Shown here piece by piece: positions 9,933-19,740 of a DNA stretch of 61,403 nucleotides; the stretch's first letter is position 1; every line of letters begins with the position of its first letter. Location of the stretch: the NCBI GenBank assembly GCA_035601815.1, contig DATNNN010000160.1:1-61403 (forward strand). The letters are read 5' to 3'. Both the position numbers and the translations under genes were made by a program. Source of the DNA: Xanthobacteraceae bacterium (GTDB lineage Bacteria; Pseudomonadota; Alphaproteobacteria; Rhizobiales; Xanthobacteraceae). The notes beneath the pieces were generated by a model. It did no database searches, was not told the origin of the DNA, and saw nothing but the letters and a program-made list of their open reading frames with translations.

Positions 9933-11609
9933 TCAGTTGCTGCCGTCCAGCAGCCGCCGCGCGATGACCTGCGCCTGGATTTCCGCGGCGCCCTCGAAGA
10001 TCGACAGGATGCGCGCGTCGGCGAGGAGGCGCGATACCGGATATTCCAGCGCGAAGCCGTTGCCGCCATGAACCTGCACCGCGTTGTCGGCGGCGGTCCA
10101 CGCGGCGCGGGCGGCGTAGAGCTTGGCCATGCCCGCCTCGAGGTCGCAGCGGCGGCCGGAATCCTTCTCGCGCGCGGCGTGATAGGTGAGCTGGCGCGCG
10201 ACCAGAATCTCCACCGCCATCATGGCGATCTTGTCGGCGACGCGCGGGAACGAGAAAATCGCCTTGCCGAACTGCTGGCGCTCGCGCGCGTAGCGCAGCG
10301 CCGCGTCCATCGCCGCTTGCGCCACGCCGATCGAGCGCGCCGCCGTCTGAATGCGCGCCGACTCGAAGGTCTGCATCAGCTGCTTGAAGCCTTCGCCTTC
10401 CATTTCGCCGAGAAGATTTTCGGCGGGCACCGCGAAGCCGTCGAAGGCGATCTCGAATTCCTTCATGCCGCGATAGCCGAGTACGTGAATCTCGCCGCCG
10501 GACATACCCGGCGCGGGAAACGGGTCGGCGTCGCCGCCGCGCGGCTTCTCGGCGATCAGCATGGAGAGACCCTGGTAGCCGGGCTTGGCCGGATCCGTGC
10601 GCACGAGCAGCGTCATCAGGTCGGCGCGGGCGGCGTGGGTGATCCAGGTCTTGTTGCCGTAGACCCGGTAGACGCCGCCGTCGCGCACGGCGCGGGTCTT
10701 CAGCGCGGCAAGGTCGGAGCCGGTGTCGGGCTCGGTGAACACCGCCGTCGGCAGGATCGCGCCCGCGGCGATGCCGGGCAGCCACTTTTTCTTCTGCGCG
10801 TCGGTGCCGCCGGAGAGGATGAGTTCCGCCGCGATCTCGGCGCGGGTGCCGAGGGAGCCCACGCCGATCCAGCCGCGCGACAATTCCTCCGACACGACGC
10901 AGGTCGATTCCTTGCCGAGGCCGAGGCCGCCGTAGGCTTCGGGAACGGTGAGGCCGAACACGCCGAGCTCGGCCATGCGCGCTATCGTTTCGAGCGGCAC
11001 ATAGGCATTGTCGAGATGCCAGCGCTGGGCGTACGGCGCCACTTCCTTCTCGGCGAAACGGCGCATCTCGTCGCGCATGGCGGCGAGCGTCGGGTCGTCG
11101 CCGGCATCACCGATGGTGGCGGCGCCTTCGCTTTCGGCGATGCGCGCGGCGAGCGCCGCGCGCGCCTCGGTCGAAGTGCCGGCGGCGATCAGCGCCTCAG
11201 CCGCGGGCGTGCGCCGGGCGGCGATGCGCTCGTCGGCTAGCCCGAGGTCGGCGAGGCGGGCGATCTCGCCCTGGCTCATGGCGATGCCGCCGAACATCTG
11301 CGCCAGCAGTTCCCCAAGGCCGACGGTAACGAGCGACCGTTCGATGTCGCCGAGCCTGCCCGACTCTTTCATGCGCCCGGCGTAAGCGGCGAGCTGGCGA
11401 ACCGCCTCGGCATAGGTGGCGAGCCAGGCGAGCCCATGCGCGGCGCGTTGCTCGCGCTCCAATGTCGGCGCCAGGAGCGCGCCGTCGGGGGCAATGCGCG
11501 CGCGCAGCGCGAGGGTGGCATCGGCGACAAGCGCCGCGGCGCTCACCGCCGCCTTGGCCGCGAGATCGGTGAGGGCGAAGCCGCCGGGCTTGGCTGCGGC
11601 ACGGGACAT
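9933..11609 (-). CDS. Acyl-CoA dehydrogenase family protein (long form, N-terminal extension)
   Basis: 558 aa. The C-terminal ~380 aa have ACAD N/M/C domains (TEPDTGSD, QFGKAI, IFEGAAEIQ). Confidence 0.9.
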   Translation of the reverse strand: MSRAAAKPGGFALTDLAAKAAVSAAALVADATLALRARIAPDGALLAPTLEREQRAAHGLAWLATYAEAVRQLAAYAGRMKESGRLGDIERSLVTVGLGELLAQMFGGIAMSQGEIARLADLGLADERIAARRTPAAEALIAAGTSTEARAALAARIAESEGAATIGDAGDDPTLAAMRDEMRRFAEKEVAPYAQRWHLDNAYVPLETIARMAELGVFGLTVPEAYGGLGLGKESTCVVSEELSRGWIGVGSLGTRAEIAAELILSGGTDAQKKKWLPGIAAGAILPTAVFTEPDTGSDLAALKTRAVRDGGVYRVYGNKTWITHAARADLMTLLVRTDPAKPGYQGLSMLIAEKPRGGDADPFPAPGMSGGEIHVLGYRGMKEFEIAFDGFAVPAENLLGEMEGEGFKQLMQTFESARIQTAARSIGVAQAAMDAALRYARERQQFGKAIFSFPRVADKIAMMAVEILVARQLTYHAAREKDSGRRCDLEAGMAKLYAARAAWTAADNAVQVHGGNGFALEYPVSRLLADARILSIFEGAAEIQAQVIARRLLDGSN

Positions 11610-11783
11610 GGCTTCCTCGCGTCCTTGCCTATCGAACGGGGTGGCGGTGCAGCAAGGCGCTTAGCACCTTCCCGGCGGACCATCCACGTCTTGTTAACCA
11701 AACCGGCGCATCTCTCGCGCTGGAGCGCGCGGTTCGGGGGAGCCGCGGGCGTCCGCGCGTGACCGCGCTCGGGGGGAGGGCGT

Positions 11784-13790
11784 ATGTCCCAAGTCCAATC
11801 GGGTTCGCTGCTGGAGCGCCTGGCCTCGCGCCTTTCCGTCCGCACGCGCATCGCGCTGATCGCGCTCGCGCCGGTCTGCGGGTTTCTCATCATTGGCGCC
11901 GCCTATGTCTCCGGCGAGAGCGAGGTCGCCGCCGCGTTCGACAGCGTCCGGCAGTCGGCGGCCTTGTCGGCGGCGAGCCGCGACTTCAAGAGCGCGCTCG
12001 CCGAGATGCGGGTCAACGCCAAGGACTACGCCGGCCAGCCGCGCCTCGACTACATGAAGGCGTTCGAGGAGGCGCTCGCGCTCGCCCACGACAAGATCGC
12101 CGGCATCGCCACGCTGAACGGCGTGCAGCGCGACGAGGTCGAGCAGATCACGATGGCGCTCGACAAGCTGAAGACCGATTTTGCCGATCTGGTCAAAGCG
12201 CAGGAGCTGCTCGGCGTCCAGGAATCCGACGGCATTCGCGGCATGTTGCGCGACGCCGCCGCCGGCATCGAGAAGATCATTCGCGAGGATACGTCGTCGA
12301 TGAACGAGCTCGACGCCTATAAGCTGCTCGCCGCGCTGCTGCTCATGCGCAACTTTGAGGTCGAGTACGTCGTCACGCGCGACCAAGGATCGAGCAACAA
12401 GTTTTACGGAGCGTTCGCGACGTTCGAGCGGACTCTGGACGGTGCGGCTGGTTCCGTAGGACTCAAGAACAGCATCGGTGTGGCGGCTAAGAGCTATGCC
12501 GAGACGTTCCGTCACTGGGTGACGGATGCCGGACGCGTGCAAAGCGACCTCGACCTGATCGCGACCAGCACCCGCAAGCTGCATCCGGCCGCCGACGGCA
12601 TCATCGAAGCCGCGCGCGAGCGCGAGAGCGCCGCGACCGAGGCGCTGATGTGGTCCCAGTCGTGGACGCGCAGCGTCATCGCCACGGTGAGCATGCTGCT
12701 CGTCACCTTCGGCTTCGCGCTGAGCTGGTTCATCGGCATCAGCATCAGCCGTCCGCTCACCGGGCTTGCGGCCGTCATGCGCCGCCTCGCCGGCGGCGAT
12801 GTGACCACGCAAATTCCCGCGGTCGACGCGCGCGACGAGATCGGGGCCATGGCGCGCTCCGTGGTGGTGTTCCGCGACAACGCGCGGGAACGCGACCGGC
12901 TTCAGGCCGAGCAATCGCACGCCGCCGGTGAGCGCGAGCATCATTCGCAGAAGGTCGACGTTCTGATCCGCGGCTTTGCCGAGGCGGCCGACCAGGCGCT
13001 CAGCAAGGTGCGCGCCGCCGCCGGCCGGCTCGCCGAGGCTGCCGAGGGCCTCGGCGCCACCGCGGGCCAGGTCGGCACCGAGGCCGAACGGGCCGGGCGC
13101 GCCGCGGGTGCCGCGTCCTCGAACGTGGCGCACGCCGCCGCCGCCGCCGAGCAGCTTTCGAGCTCGGTCGCCGAGGTCGCGCGGCAAACCGCGACCTCCA
13201 CCGATGTCGCGACGCGTGCCGTGGCGGAAGCGCGGCGTTCGGTCGGCATCATGGAGGCTTTGGGCGAAGCCGCCAGCCGCATCGGCGAAGTGGTGGGGCT
13301 GATCCAATCGATCGCCGCTCAGACCAATCTCTTGGCGCTCAACGCCACCATCGAGGCGGCGCGCGCCGGCGAAGCCGGCCGCGGCTTCGCCGTGGTGGCG
13401 CAGGAGGTGAAGTCGCTCGCCGCGCAGACGGCGCGGGCCACCGAGGATATCGGCAAGCAGATTGCGTCGATCCAGGAGGCGTCCGGCGGCGCCGCCGGGG
13501 CCATCGATACGGTAAGCTCGGTCATCGAGGAGATGTCGGCGATCGCCGCGTCGATCGCGTCCGCCATCGAGGAGCAGAACGCCGCGGTGGTGTCGATCGC
13601 GAGCAACGTGGCGCAGGCGTCGGACGACGCCAAAGCCGGCGCCAGCGCCATGCGCTCGGTGGAGGGGGCTGCGGTCGGCTCGCGGGCGACGGCGAGCGAC
13701 GTGGCCGGCCTTGCCGCCGCCCTGGGCGGCGAGGCGGAGCGGCTCGATGCCGCCATCCGCCACTTCCTCGAAGGGGTGCGGGCGGCGTAA
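11784..13790 (+). CDS. Methyl-accepting chemotaxis protein
   Basis: 668 aa: TM, ~270-aa sensor region, TM, HAMP, then the highly conserved MCP signalling hairpin ([37 protein letters not shown]). Confidence 0.92.
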   Translation: MSQVQSGSLLERLASRLSVRTRIALIALAPVCGFLIIGAAYVSGESEVAAAFDSVRQSAALSAASRDFKSALAEMRVNAKDYAGQPRLDYMKAFEEALALAHDKIAGIATLNGVQRDEVEQITMALDKLKTDFADLVKAQELLGVQESDGIRGMLRDAAAGIEKIIREDTSSMNELDAYKLLAALLLMRNFEVEYVVTRDQGSSNKFYGAFATFERTLDGAAGSVGLKNSIGVAAKSYAETFRHWVTDAGRVQSDLDLIATSTRKLHPAADGIIEAARERESAATEALMWSQSWTRSVIATVSMLLVTFGFALSWFIGISISRPLTGLAAVMRRLAGGDVTTQIPAVDARDEIGAMARSVVVFRDNARERDRLQAEQSHAAGEREHHSQKVDVLIRGFAEAADQALSKVRAAAGRLAEAAEGLGATAGQVGTEAERAGRAAGAASSNVAHAAAAAEQLSSSVAEVARQTATSTDVATRAVAEARRSVGIMEALGEAASRIGEVVGLIQSIAAQTNLLALNATIEAARAGEAGRGFAVVAQEVKSLAAQTARATEDIGKQIASIQEASGGAAGAIDTVSSVIEEMSAIAASIASAIEEQNAAVVSIASNVAQASDDAKAGASAMRSVEGAAVGSRATASDVAGLAAALGGEAERLDAAIRHFLEGVRAA

Positions 13791-13859
13791 GACACGTCCG
13801 GGACCCTTGCCCGCCGGGCGCGCAGCGGTCAGAAATCGCGAGTCAACCGGGGACGGCCC

Positions 13860-14702
13860 GTGCGCAAAGCCTACCGCATCGCCAACGACGCGTTCGAGCG
13901 ACTGAACGAGGACGACGGCTGGGCGATCGCCAGCCACATCGCGCTGTCCGCGCTCATGTCGATGTTTCCGTTCCTGATCTTCGTCACGGCGCTCGCCGCC
14001 GTGTTCGGCACCAAGGAGCTGGTCGACCAGACGGTGCTGCTCCTGCTCGAGACGTGGCCGCGCGAGGTGGCGGCTCCGATCGCGAGCGAGATCCACGACG
14101 TGCTGACCAACTTGCGCACCGATGCGCTTACCTTCGGCATCCTGCTCGCCCTCTACTTCTCCTCGAGCGGCATCGAGAGCCTGCGCATCGGCCTCAACCG
14201 TGCCTACGGCATGAATGAGCCGCGGTCGTGGTGGCTGCTGCGGCTGGAATCGATCGGCTATGTGCTGATCGCGGCCCTTGCGCTGCTCGCGCTCGCCTTT
14301 CTCGTCGTGCTCGGGCCGCTGATCTGGGTGACGGTGACGCGCTACGTACGCTGGCTCGAGCCGCTGACGTGGCTCGTCACCGTCGCGCGCTACTCGACCG
14401 CCTCGGTGGTGATCATCATCGCGCTCGTGGTCGTGCACAAATGGCTGCCGGCAGGCCGGCGCACGATGGCGCAGATCGCCCCGGGCATCCTGGTCACGCT
14501 CGCGCTATGGCTCGCCGCCGGGGCGGCGTTCGGTTTCTATCTCGCCGAGTTCGCCTACACCTACGTCACCTATTATGCCGGGCTCGCATCGGGCATGATC
14601 GCGCTCGTGTTTCTCTACCTGACGTCGCTGATCTTCATCTATGGCGGCGAACTGAACGCGGCGATCCAGCGCGCGCGCCTAAGCCGACACGCGCGCGCCT
14701 GA
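13860..14702 (+). CDS. YihY/virulence factor BrkB family membrane protein
   Basis: 280 aa, polytopic. N-terminal AFERLNEDDGWAIASHIALSALMSMFPFL is typical of the YihY family. Confidence 0.85.
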   Translation: MRKAYRIANDAFERLNEDDGWAIASHIALSALMSMFPFLIFVTALAAVFGTKELVDQTVLLLLETWPREVAAPIASEIHDVLTNLRTDALTFGILLALYFSSSGIESLRIGLNRAYGMNEPRSWWLLRLESIGYVLIAALALLALAFLVVLGPLIWVTVTRYVRWLEPLTWLVTVARYSTASVVIIIALVVVHKWLPAGRRTMAQIAPGILVTLALWLAAGAAFGFYLAEFAYTYVTYYAGLASGMIALVFLYLTSLIFIYGGELNAAIQRARLSRHARA

Positions 14703-14853
14703 GCCGACGCGGCGTACCGCATCGCAACATCGATCGGCGGCGCCCCGGTACCGCAGCGTTTAGCCGGTGGATCAGCCTCTATTTCAGTCGGCAGCGTCCC
14801 GCCCATGGGCTATGATTCGCGCGAGGACGTGTCCAACCAAGGGGAGAGACGCA

Positions 14854-15108
14854 ATGACGCTCGAAAGTCTGATCATCCTGCTCGTCGTCGGTGCAATCGC
14901 GGGCTGGCTCGCCGGAATTATCGTCAAGGGTTACGGGTTCGGCCTCATCGGCAACATCGTGGTCGGCATCGTCGGCGCCGTGGTCGCCGGCTGGCTCTTG
15001 CCAAAACTCGGCATCGTCATCGGCGGGGGCTACATCGCCTGGATCATCAACGCGGTGATCGGCGCGGTAATCCTGCTCGTGATCATTGGGCTCATCCGCC
15101 GCTCATAG
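14854..15108 (+). CDS. GlsB/YeaQ/YmgE family stress-response membrane protein
   Basis: 84 aa starting MTLESLIILLVVGAIAGWLAG, preceded by the SD GGGGAGAG. Gly-rich TM repeats. The longer ORF from 14767 is not supported by an SD. Confidence 0.8.
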   Translation: MTLESLIILLVVGAIAGWLAGIIVKGYGFGLIGNIVVGIVGAVVAGWLLPKLGIVIGGGYIAWIINAVIGAVILLVIIGLIRRS

Positions 15109-15114
15109 CTTCGC

Positions 15115-15151
15115 GACGAAGGCGGCTGGCACGACGTCGGCCGCCTTCGTC
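15115..15151. terminator. Bidirectional stem-loop between convergent genes
   Basis: Perfect 12-bp stem GACGAAGGCGGC / GCCGCCTTCGTC with a 13-nt loop. Lies between the stops of the YeaQ-like gene and gluQ. It has no clear U-tract, so function is inferred. Confidence 0.55.
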
Positions 15152-15169
15152 CTGCTCCCCAATCCTGTT

Positions 15170-16018
15170 TCATAGGCCGACCGCGGCGCGCACGGCGCCG
15201 GCGCTCCAGCCCTGCGCGCGCAGGTCGCTGAGCGTCGTCGACGGGTCGCGCTTGGCGAGCCTGTTGCCGTCGCGATCAAGCACTAGCCGGTGGTGATGGT
15301 AGAGCGGCGCCGGCAGGCCGAGCAGCTCCTGCAGCAGCCGGTGCACCGATGTGGCTTCATAGAGGTCGCGTCCGCGCACCACGTGGGTGACGCCTTGCAG
15401 CGCGTCGTCGAGCACGACCGACAGGTGATAGCTTGTGGGGGTGTCCTTACGGCCGAGGATGACATCGCCCCAGGCCGCGGGATTGGCCGCGATCTCTCGC
15501 GAGGCGCCGTCGCCGGTTTCAACCCACGTAAGTGGGCCGTTTAGGCGGGCGAGCGCCGCTTGCACGTCGAGGCGCAGCGCATGGTCCTCGCTGGCACGGC
15601 GGCGAGCGCGCTCCTCCGGCGAACGGTCATGGGCGCTCCCCGGATAGAGCGGCACGCCGTCGGGATCGCGCGGCCAGGGTTCGCGGGCGGCGACGCGGCG
15701 GGTGATCTCGGCGCGGCTTTCGAATACCGGATAGACAAGGCCGCGCACTTCGAGCCGGTCGAGGGCGGCGCGGTATTCGGTGAGGTGCTCGGACTGGCGG
15801 CGCACCGGCGTTTCCCATTCGACGCCGAGCCAGGCGAGATCCTCGTAAATCGCCGCCTCGAACTCCGGCCGGCAGCGGGTGCGGTCGATGTCCTCGATGC
15901 GCAGAAGCAGGCGGCCGCCCGCGGCCTTAGCCAGGTCATGGTTCAGGAGCGCCGAGAGCGCGTGGCCCAGGTGGAGAAACCCATTGGGGCTCGGGGCGAA
16001 GCGGAACACAGGCGCCAT
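15170..16018 (-). CDS. gluQ: tRNA glutamyl-Q(34) synthetase (GluQRS)
   Basis: 282 aa, a truncated GluRS-like catalytic domain. Motifs RFAPSPNGFLHLGH (HIGH) and HHHRLV. Confidence 0.9.
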   Translation of the reverse strand: MAPVFRFAPSPNGFLHLGHALSALLNHDLAKAAGGRLLLRIEDIDRTRCRPEFEAAIYEDLAWLGVEWETPVRRQSEHLTEYRAALDRLEVRGLVYPVFESRAEITRRVAAREPWPRDPDGVPLYPGSAHDRSPEERARRRASEDHALRLDVQAALARLNGPLTWVETGDGASREIAANPAAWGDVILGRKDTPTSYHLSVVLDDALQGVTHVVRGRDLYEATSVHRLLQELLGLPAPLYHHHRLVLDRDGNRLAKRDPSTTLSDLRAQGWSAGAVRAAVGL

Positions 16019-16052
16019 GGCGGACTTCTACGGCATGCCGTGACCAGGGATA

Positions 16053-16829
16053 ATGGAAAAGATGTCTGCCCGCATCGATACCGAAGCCGATCTCGAGGCC
16101 GCGCTCGCACGGCTGATCGAGGCCGACCCGAGCCTGAAAGCGATTCTCGCCGTCGCCGGACCGCTGCCGCTGCGGCGCCGCGCCGGCGGGTTCCCCGGTC
16201 TTGCCTCCATCGTCTGCAGCCAGCAGCTTTCCACCGCGAGCGCGAGCGCGATCTGGGGGCGGCTGGAGAAGGCATTTTCCCCGTTCGACCACCACAACCT
16301 CCTGCGCGCGCGCACGCCGCAGCTTCAGCGCGCCGGCTTGTCGCGGGCGAAGATCAAGACCTTCCGCACCCTCGCCCGCGCGTTGCGCGACGGGCACCTC
16401 GACCTCGACGCCCTGGCGGAGCTGCCGGCGGACGCGGCGCACGCGGCGCTCGTGGCGCACAAAGGCATCGGGCCGTGGACGGCCGACATCTATCTCCTGT
16501 TCTGCGTCGGCCATGCCGACGCCTTCCCGGCCGGCGACCTCGCGCTGCAGGAGGCGGCGCGGCTCGCGTTGCAGAAAAAGAAGCGTCCTACCGCGAAGGT
16601 GCTCGAGCGCATGGCCGAACGCTGGCGGCCGTGGCGGGGCGTGGCGGCGCGGTTGTTGTGGACGTATTATCGCGCCGTCAAACGGCGCGGTCCCGTGCCG
16701 GTCCAGCCAGAAGAGAAAAGCGGAGGCGGAAATGGCCGCACTCGACGGCCCGCGACTGGAACCGCGCGCGGGCGGCCCCGCGCGCGAGCTCGTCGTCTTC
16801 CTGCACGGCTACGGCGCCGACGGAAATGA
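16053..16829 (+). CDS. DNA-3-methyladenine glycosylase II family protein (HhH-GPD)
   Basis: 258-aa ORF with an HhH-GPD core (GIGPWTADIYLLF...FPAGDLAL). The last ~45 aa are Arg-rich and overlap the next gene by 98 nt, so the C-terminus is probably a read-through extension. Confidence 0.8.
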   Translation: MEKMSARIDTEADLEAALARLIEADPSLKAILAVAGPLPLRRRAGGFPGLASIVCSQQLSTASASAIWGRLEKAFSPFDHHNLLRARTPQLQRAGLSRAKIKTFRTLARALRDGHLDLDALAELPADAAHAALVAHKGIGPWTADIYLLFCVGHADAFPAGDLALQEAARLALQKKKRPTAKVLERMAERWRPWRGVAARLLWTYYRAVKRRGPVPVQPEEKSGGGNGRTRRPATGTARGRPRARARRLPARLRRRRK

Positions 16830-17409
16830 CCTGATCGCCATCGGCCGCGAGTGGCAGGCGCTCCTGCCGGACGCCGCCTTCGTCAGCCCGCATGCGCCGG
16901 AACCCTGCGGCGGCGCGCCCATGGGACGACAATGGTTCGGTCTGACGTTCCGCGATCCGGACGAGCGCTGGCGCGGGGTGACACGTGCGGCGCCCGTGCT
17001 CGATGCCTTCCTCGACGCCGAGCTCGCACGCTGGAAGGGGGCGCCCGAGAACCTGGCGCTCGTCGGCTTCAGCCAGGGCACCATGATGGCGTTGCACGTG
17101 GGGCTGCGCCGCAAGATGGGGCCGGCGGCAATCGTCGGCTACTCCGGCCTGCACGTGCTGCCGGAAAACCCGCAGGAAGCCGAGCGCGCGCTCGCCGAGA
17201 CCACGGCGCGGCCGCCGGTGCTGCTCGCGCACGGCGCGCTCGACGATCTCATCCCGGTGCAGGCGCTGTTTTCGTCGGCGCGCACGCTGGCGGCGGCCGG
17301 CGTGCCGGTGGAGTGGCACGTGTCGCAAGGAATCGGCCACGGAATCGACGGCGAGGGCCTGCGCCTGGGCGGGGCGTTCCTGCTGCGCGCCTTCGCAGCC
17401 AAGCGCTGA
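16732..17409 (+). CDS. Alpha/beta hydrolase, phospholipase/carboxylesterase family
   Basis: 225 aa from MAALDGPRLEP. Motifs LHGYGADGNDL and the nucleophile elbow GFSQG. The upstream part of ORF 16201.. is out-of-frame AlkA shadow. Confidence 0.85.
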   Translation: MAALDGPRLEPRAGGPARELVVFLHGYGADGNDLIAIGREWQALLPDAAFVSPHAPEPCGGAPMGRQWFGLTFRDPDERWRGVTRAAPVLDAFLDAELARWKGAPENLALVGFSQGTMMALHVGLRRKMGPAAIVGYSGLHVLPENPQEAERALAETTARPPVLLAHGALDDLIPVQALFSSARTLAAAGVPVEWHVSQGIGHGIDGEGLRLGGAFLLRAFAAKR

Positions 17410-17507
17410 GCCCTTCTGCCGCGCTTCACAAAGCCGTTGCCTAGCCGATATATTGCCGTCCAACAGAATCCCGGGGAACGGGGAGCGGAGGCAGCAGGAG
17501 CGTTTTC

Positions 17508-18065
17508 GTGAATATCGCGGTATCACCCGGAGCCTGGCCGGCGCTCGTGCTCAACGCGGACTACCGTCCGCTGAGCTACTACCCGCTGTCGGTCTGGGCG
17601 TGGCAGGACACCATCAAGGCGGTGTTCCTCGAGCGCGTGCACACGGTCGCCCACTACGACAAGAGCGTGCGCAGCCCGAGCGTCGAGATTCGGCTGCCCA
17701 GCGTCGTCTCGCTCAAGAAGTTCGTGAAGCCGGCGCGCCACCCCGCCTTCACCCGCTTCAACGTGTTCCTGCGCGACCGCTTCTCCTGCCAGTACTGCGG
17801 CTCGCGCGACGACCTCACCTTCGATCATCTGCTGCCCCGCTCGCGCGGCGGCCACACCACGTGGGAGAACGTGGTCGCGGCTTGCTCGGGCTGCAATCTG
17901 CGCAAGGGCGGCCTCGATCCGCACCAGTCGGGCATGTGGCCGTCGCAGCGGCCCTATCAGCCAAGCGTGCAGGACCTGCACCGCAACGGGCGGCTATTCC
18001 CGCCCAACTACCTGCACCAGAGCTGGCTCGACTATCTCTACTGGGATACCGAGCTCGACCCCTAA
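17508..18065 (+). CDS. HNH endonuclease (conserved ~185-aa family, host-like GC)
   Basis: CQYCGSRDDLTFDHLLPRSRGGHTTWENVVAACSGCNLRKG. Composition matches the host, unlike the HNH gene at 4756-5706. Confidence 0.8.
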   Translation: MNIAVSPGAWPALVLNADYRPLSYYPLSVWAWQDTIKAVFLERVHTVAHYDKSVRSPSVEIRLPSVVSLKKFVKPARHPAFTRFNVFLRDRFSCQYCGSRDDLTFDHLLPRSRGGHTTWENVVAACSGCNLRKGGLDPHQSGMWPSQRPYQPSVQDLHRNGRLFPPNYLHQSWLDYLYWDTELDP

Positions 18066-18574
18066 GCCGGACGGCGCGCGCCGAGGAAGGCGAGCACCGC
18101 CAGCGCGCCCGCGATCAGGGCGTTGTAACCGGCGAGCGAGATCCCGAGAAACGTCCAGGCGGCCCGGTCGCACGGGACGAATTGGGAATTTTGCAGCGAA
18201 GAGAGAATGTCGCCGGGCGGGCGTAGCGTACCGGTGCAGCTCGCCGGCCCCTTCCAGAAGCCCCACTCGATGCCAGCGTGATAGACGCCGAACCCCGAGC
18301 CGTAAACGAGCACGAGGCCCAGCGCGATGAGGCCCCAGCGTGCGAGCCGCGCGTATTTCGGGTCGCGCGCCATAATTCCGAGCATGAGTCCTGCCGGCAC
18401 CGCGATATAGTAGGGCACACGCTGGTCGAGGCAGAGCGGGCAGGGACGATAGCCGAGCACTAGCTCGAAGAACCAGGCGCCAGCGAGGGTCGCAGCGGCA
18501 ATCGCCGCGATGGTGCAACTTATCGTAGTGAGCGGAGTTGTCGTTGCGCGGCCGCGAATTGCATTGAACGTCAT
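18062..18574 (-). CDS. Disulfide bond formation protein B family (DsbB/DsbI-like)
   Basis: Four TM segments with CPLC in the first periplasmic loop (YRPCPLCLDQR) and a second Cys pair (CTG...PC). Start chosen at MTFNAI; the longest ORF (to 18637) would overlap the divergent rlpA-like gene. Confidence 0.75.
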   Translation of the reverse strand: MTFNAIRGRATTTPLTTISCTIAAIAAATLAGAWFFELVLGYRPCPLCLDQRVPYYIAVPAGLMLGIMARDPKYARLARWGLIALGLVLVYGSGFGVYHAGIEWGFWKGPASCTGTLRPPGDILSSLQNSQFVPCDRAAWTFLGISLAGYNALIAGALAVLAFLGARRPA

Positions 18575-18612
18575 GGTGGCTGCCTTTAGCCCGGCCGATC
18601 GCGAGAGTCGAC

Positions 18613-18963
18613 ATGCAATTGCGGCGAAATCCCACATGGGCGGCGATCGTGCTCGCCCTGATCGTCGCCATGGTTGCGAGCGACGCGGCCGGCGCGCCGC
18701 TCATGCGCGGTATCGCCACGTACTATCCCGGCCGTTCGGCCGGGATGCGGGCGGGCGAGTTCTCGGCGGCGCATCGCACCTTGCCGCTCGGCACCCGCGT
18801 GCGCGTGAAGGAGATCGCCAGCGGCCGCTCGGTGGTGGTGCGGATCAATGACCGCGGCCCGTTCGCGCCCGGGCGCATCATCGACATTTCGCACGTTGCG
18901 GCGCGGGCGCTTGGCATCATCAGCAAGGGAATCACCGAGGTCGAGCTCGAGATCGTCCGCTAG
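18613..18963 (+). CDS. Septal ring lytic transglycosylase RlpA family protein (DPBB domain)
   Basis: 116 aa with a signal peptide, then GIATYYPG...AAHRTLPLGTRVRV...GRSVVVRINDRGPF, characteristic of RlpA-like DPBB domains. Confidence 0.8.
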   Translation: MQLRRNPTWAAIVLALIVAMVASDAAGAPLMRGIATYYPGRSAGMRAGEFSAAHRTLPLGTRVRVKEIASGRSVVVRINDRGPFAPGRIIDISHVAARALGIISKGITEVELEIVR

Positions 18964-19007
18964 CCGGTGCTTGCCCGCGCCTTCGCGGTGACTATGATCC
19001 GCGCCAA

Positions 19008-19094
19008 GCCCCCGTGGCGGAATTGGTAGACGCGCCTGACTCAAAATCAGGTTGTCGCAAGGCAGTGCCCGTTCGACTCGGGCCGGGGGCACCA
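19008..19094 (+). tRNA. tRNA-Leu (anticodon CAA)
   Basis: 87 nt. Acceptor stem GCCCCCG/CGGGGGC, D-arm GGAATTGGTAGAC, anticodon stem-loop CCTGA-CTCAAAA-TCAGG, long variable arm, T-arm GCCCG-TTCGACT-CGGGC, encoded CCA. Confidence 0.92.
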
Positions 19095-19110
19095 GCTCTT
19101 ATCGCGGCGG

Positions 19111-19692
19111 TTAGAACAAGAACGTTGCTGCGTAGATGCCGCCGAAGAAGATCACCGCAAACAGGAACGCGAACAATCCAAGCCGCTTTTCGATGAAGAT
19201 ACGGGCCGGCTCGCCCCACACGTAAAGAAGCGCCGCCAGCATGTAGAAGCGCGCGCCGCGGGTGATGATCGAGAGCACGGTGAACCAGAAAAGGTCGTAG
19301 CCGGCGAAGCCCGAGGTGATGGTCACCACCTTGTAGGGAATGGGCGTCAGGCCCTTGAGCAGGATAATCCAGTGGCCGTAATGGGCGTAGGCGGCGCGAA
19401 AGGTCTCGGCCTTGTCGCCGTAGCCGTAAAGATCGATGAGAAACTTGCCGAGTGTGTCGTAGAGCAGTGCGCCGATGGCGTAGCCGAGGAGCCCGCCGAC
19501 GACCGACGTGACGGTGCAGATGCCGGCGTAGAAGAACGCCCGGCGCGGCCGGGCGAGCGACATGGGAATGAGGATCACATCCGGCGGGATCGGGAACACC
19601 GAACTTTCGGCCAACGAGATGGCGCCAAGCGCCCAGAGCGCCGAAGGCCGCGCCGACAGCGCGATCGTCCAGTCGTAGAGGCGGCGCAGCAT
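19111..19692 (-). CDS. YqaA family (DedA/SNARE-associated type) membrane protein
   Basis: 193 aa. Motif AESSVFPIPPDVILIPM is typical of YqaA-like proteins. Confidence 0.8.
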   Translation of the reverse strand: MLRRLYDWTIALSARPSALWALGAISLAESSVFPIPPDVILIPMSLARPRRAFFYAGICTVTSVVGGLLGYAIGALLYDTLGKFLIDLYGYGDKAETFRAAYAHYGHWIILLKGLTPIPYKVVTITSGFAGYDLFWFTVLSIITRGARFYMLAALLYVWGEPARIFIEKRLGLFAFLFAVIFFGGIYAATFLF

Positions 19693-19740
19693 CGGCTCGC
19701 TCTCTAAAGGCGGGAAACGGTCAAGTAAAGGGAAGCGGGC

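Noticed and set aside
11694-14438. Very long antisense ORFs. This 914-aa one lies opposite the MCP/YihY genes. Others are 7811-9340, 29521-31200, 35489-37420, 39076-40146, 45532-46557, 47482-49257, 50525-51808 and 55852-57135.
   Set aside because: All lie opposite or out of frame to genes with strong family signatures. Their translations are Arg/Gly/Ala/Asp/His-rich low-complexity with no motifs. Stop-free shadow frames are expected at ~70% GC.
15127-15145. TGGCAC, resembling the -24 element of a sigma-54 promoter.
   Set aside because: No TTGC(A/T) -12 element follows at the required spacing. The motif sits in the loop of the convergent-gene terminator hairpin.
16201-16731. The N-terminal 177 codons of the 402-aa ORF containing the carboxylesterase.
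   Set aside because: They are Arg/Ser/Pro-rich and entirely out of frame within the AlkA-like gene. Esterase homology and typical family length begin at the Met at 16732.
19008-19740. tRNA-Leu as a possible genomic-island integration site.
   Set aside because: The flanking genes (RlpA-like, YqaA, hisE) are host-composition core genes. I found no partial tRNA 3'-end repeat or integrase nearby.
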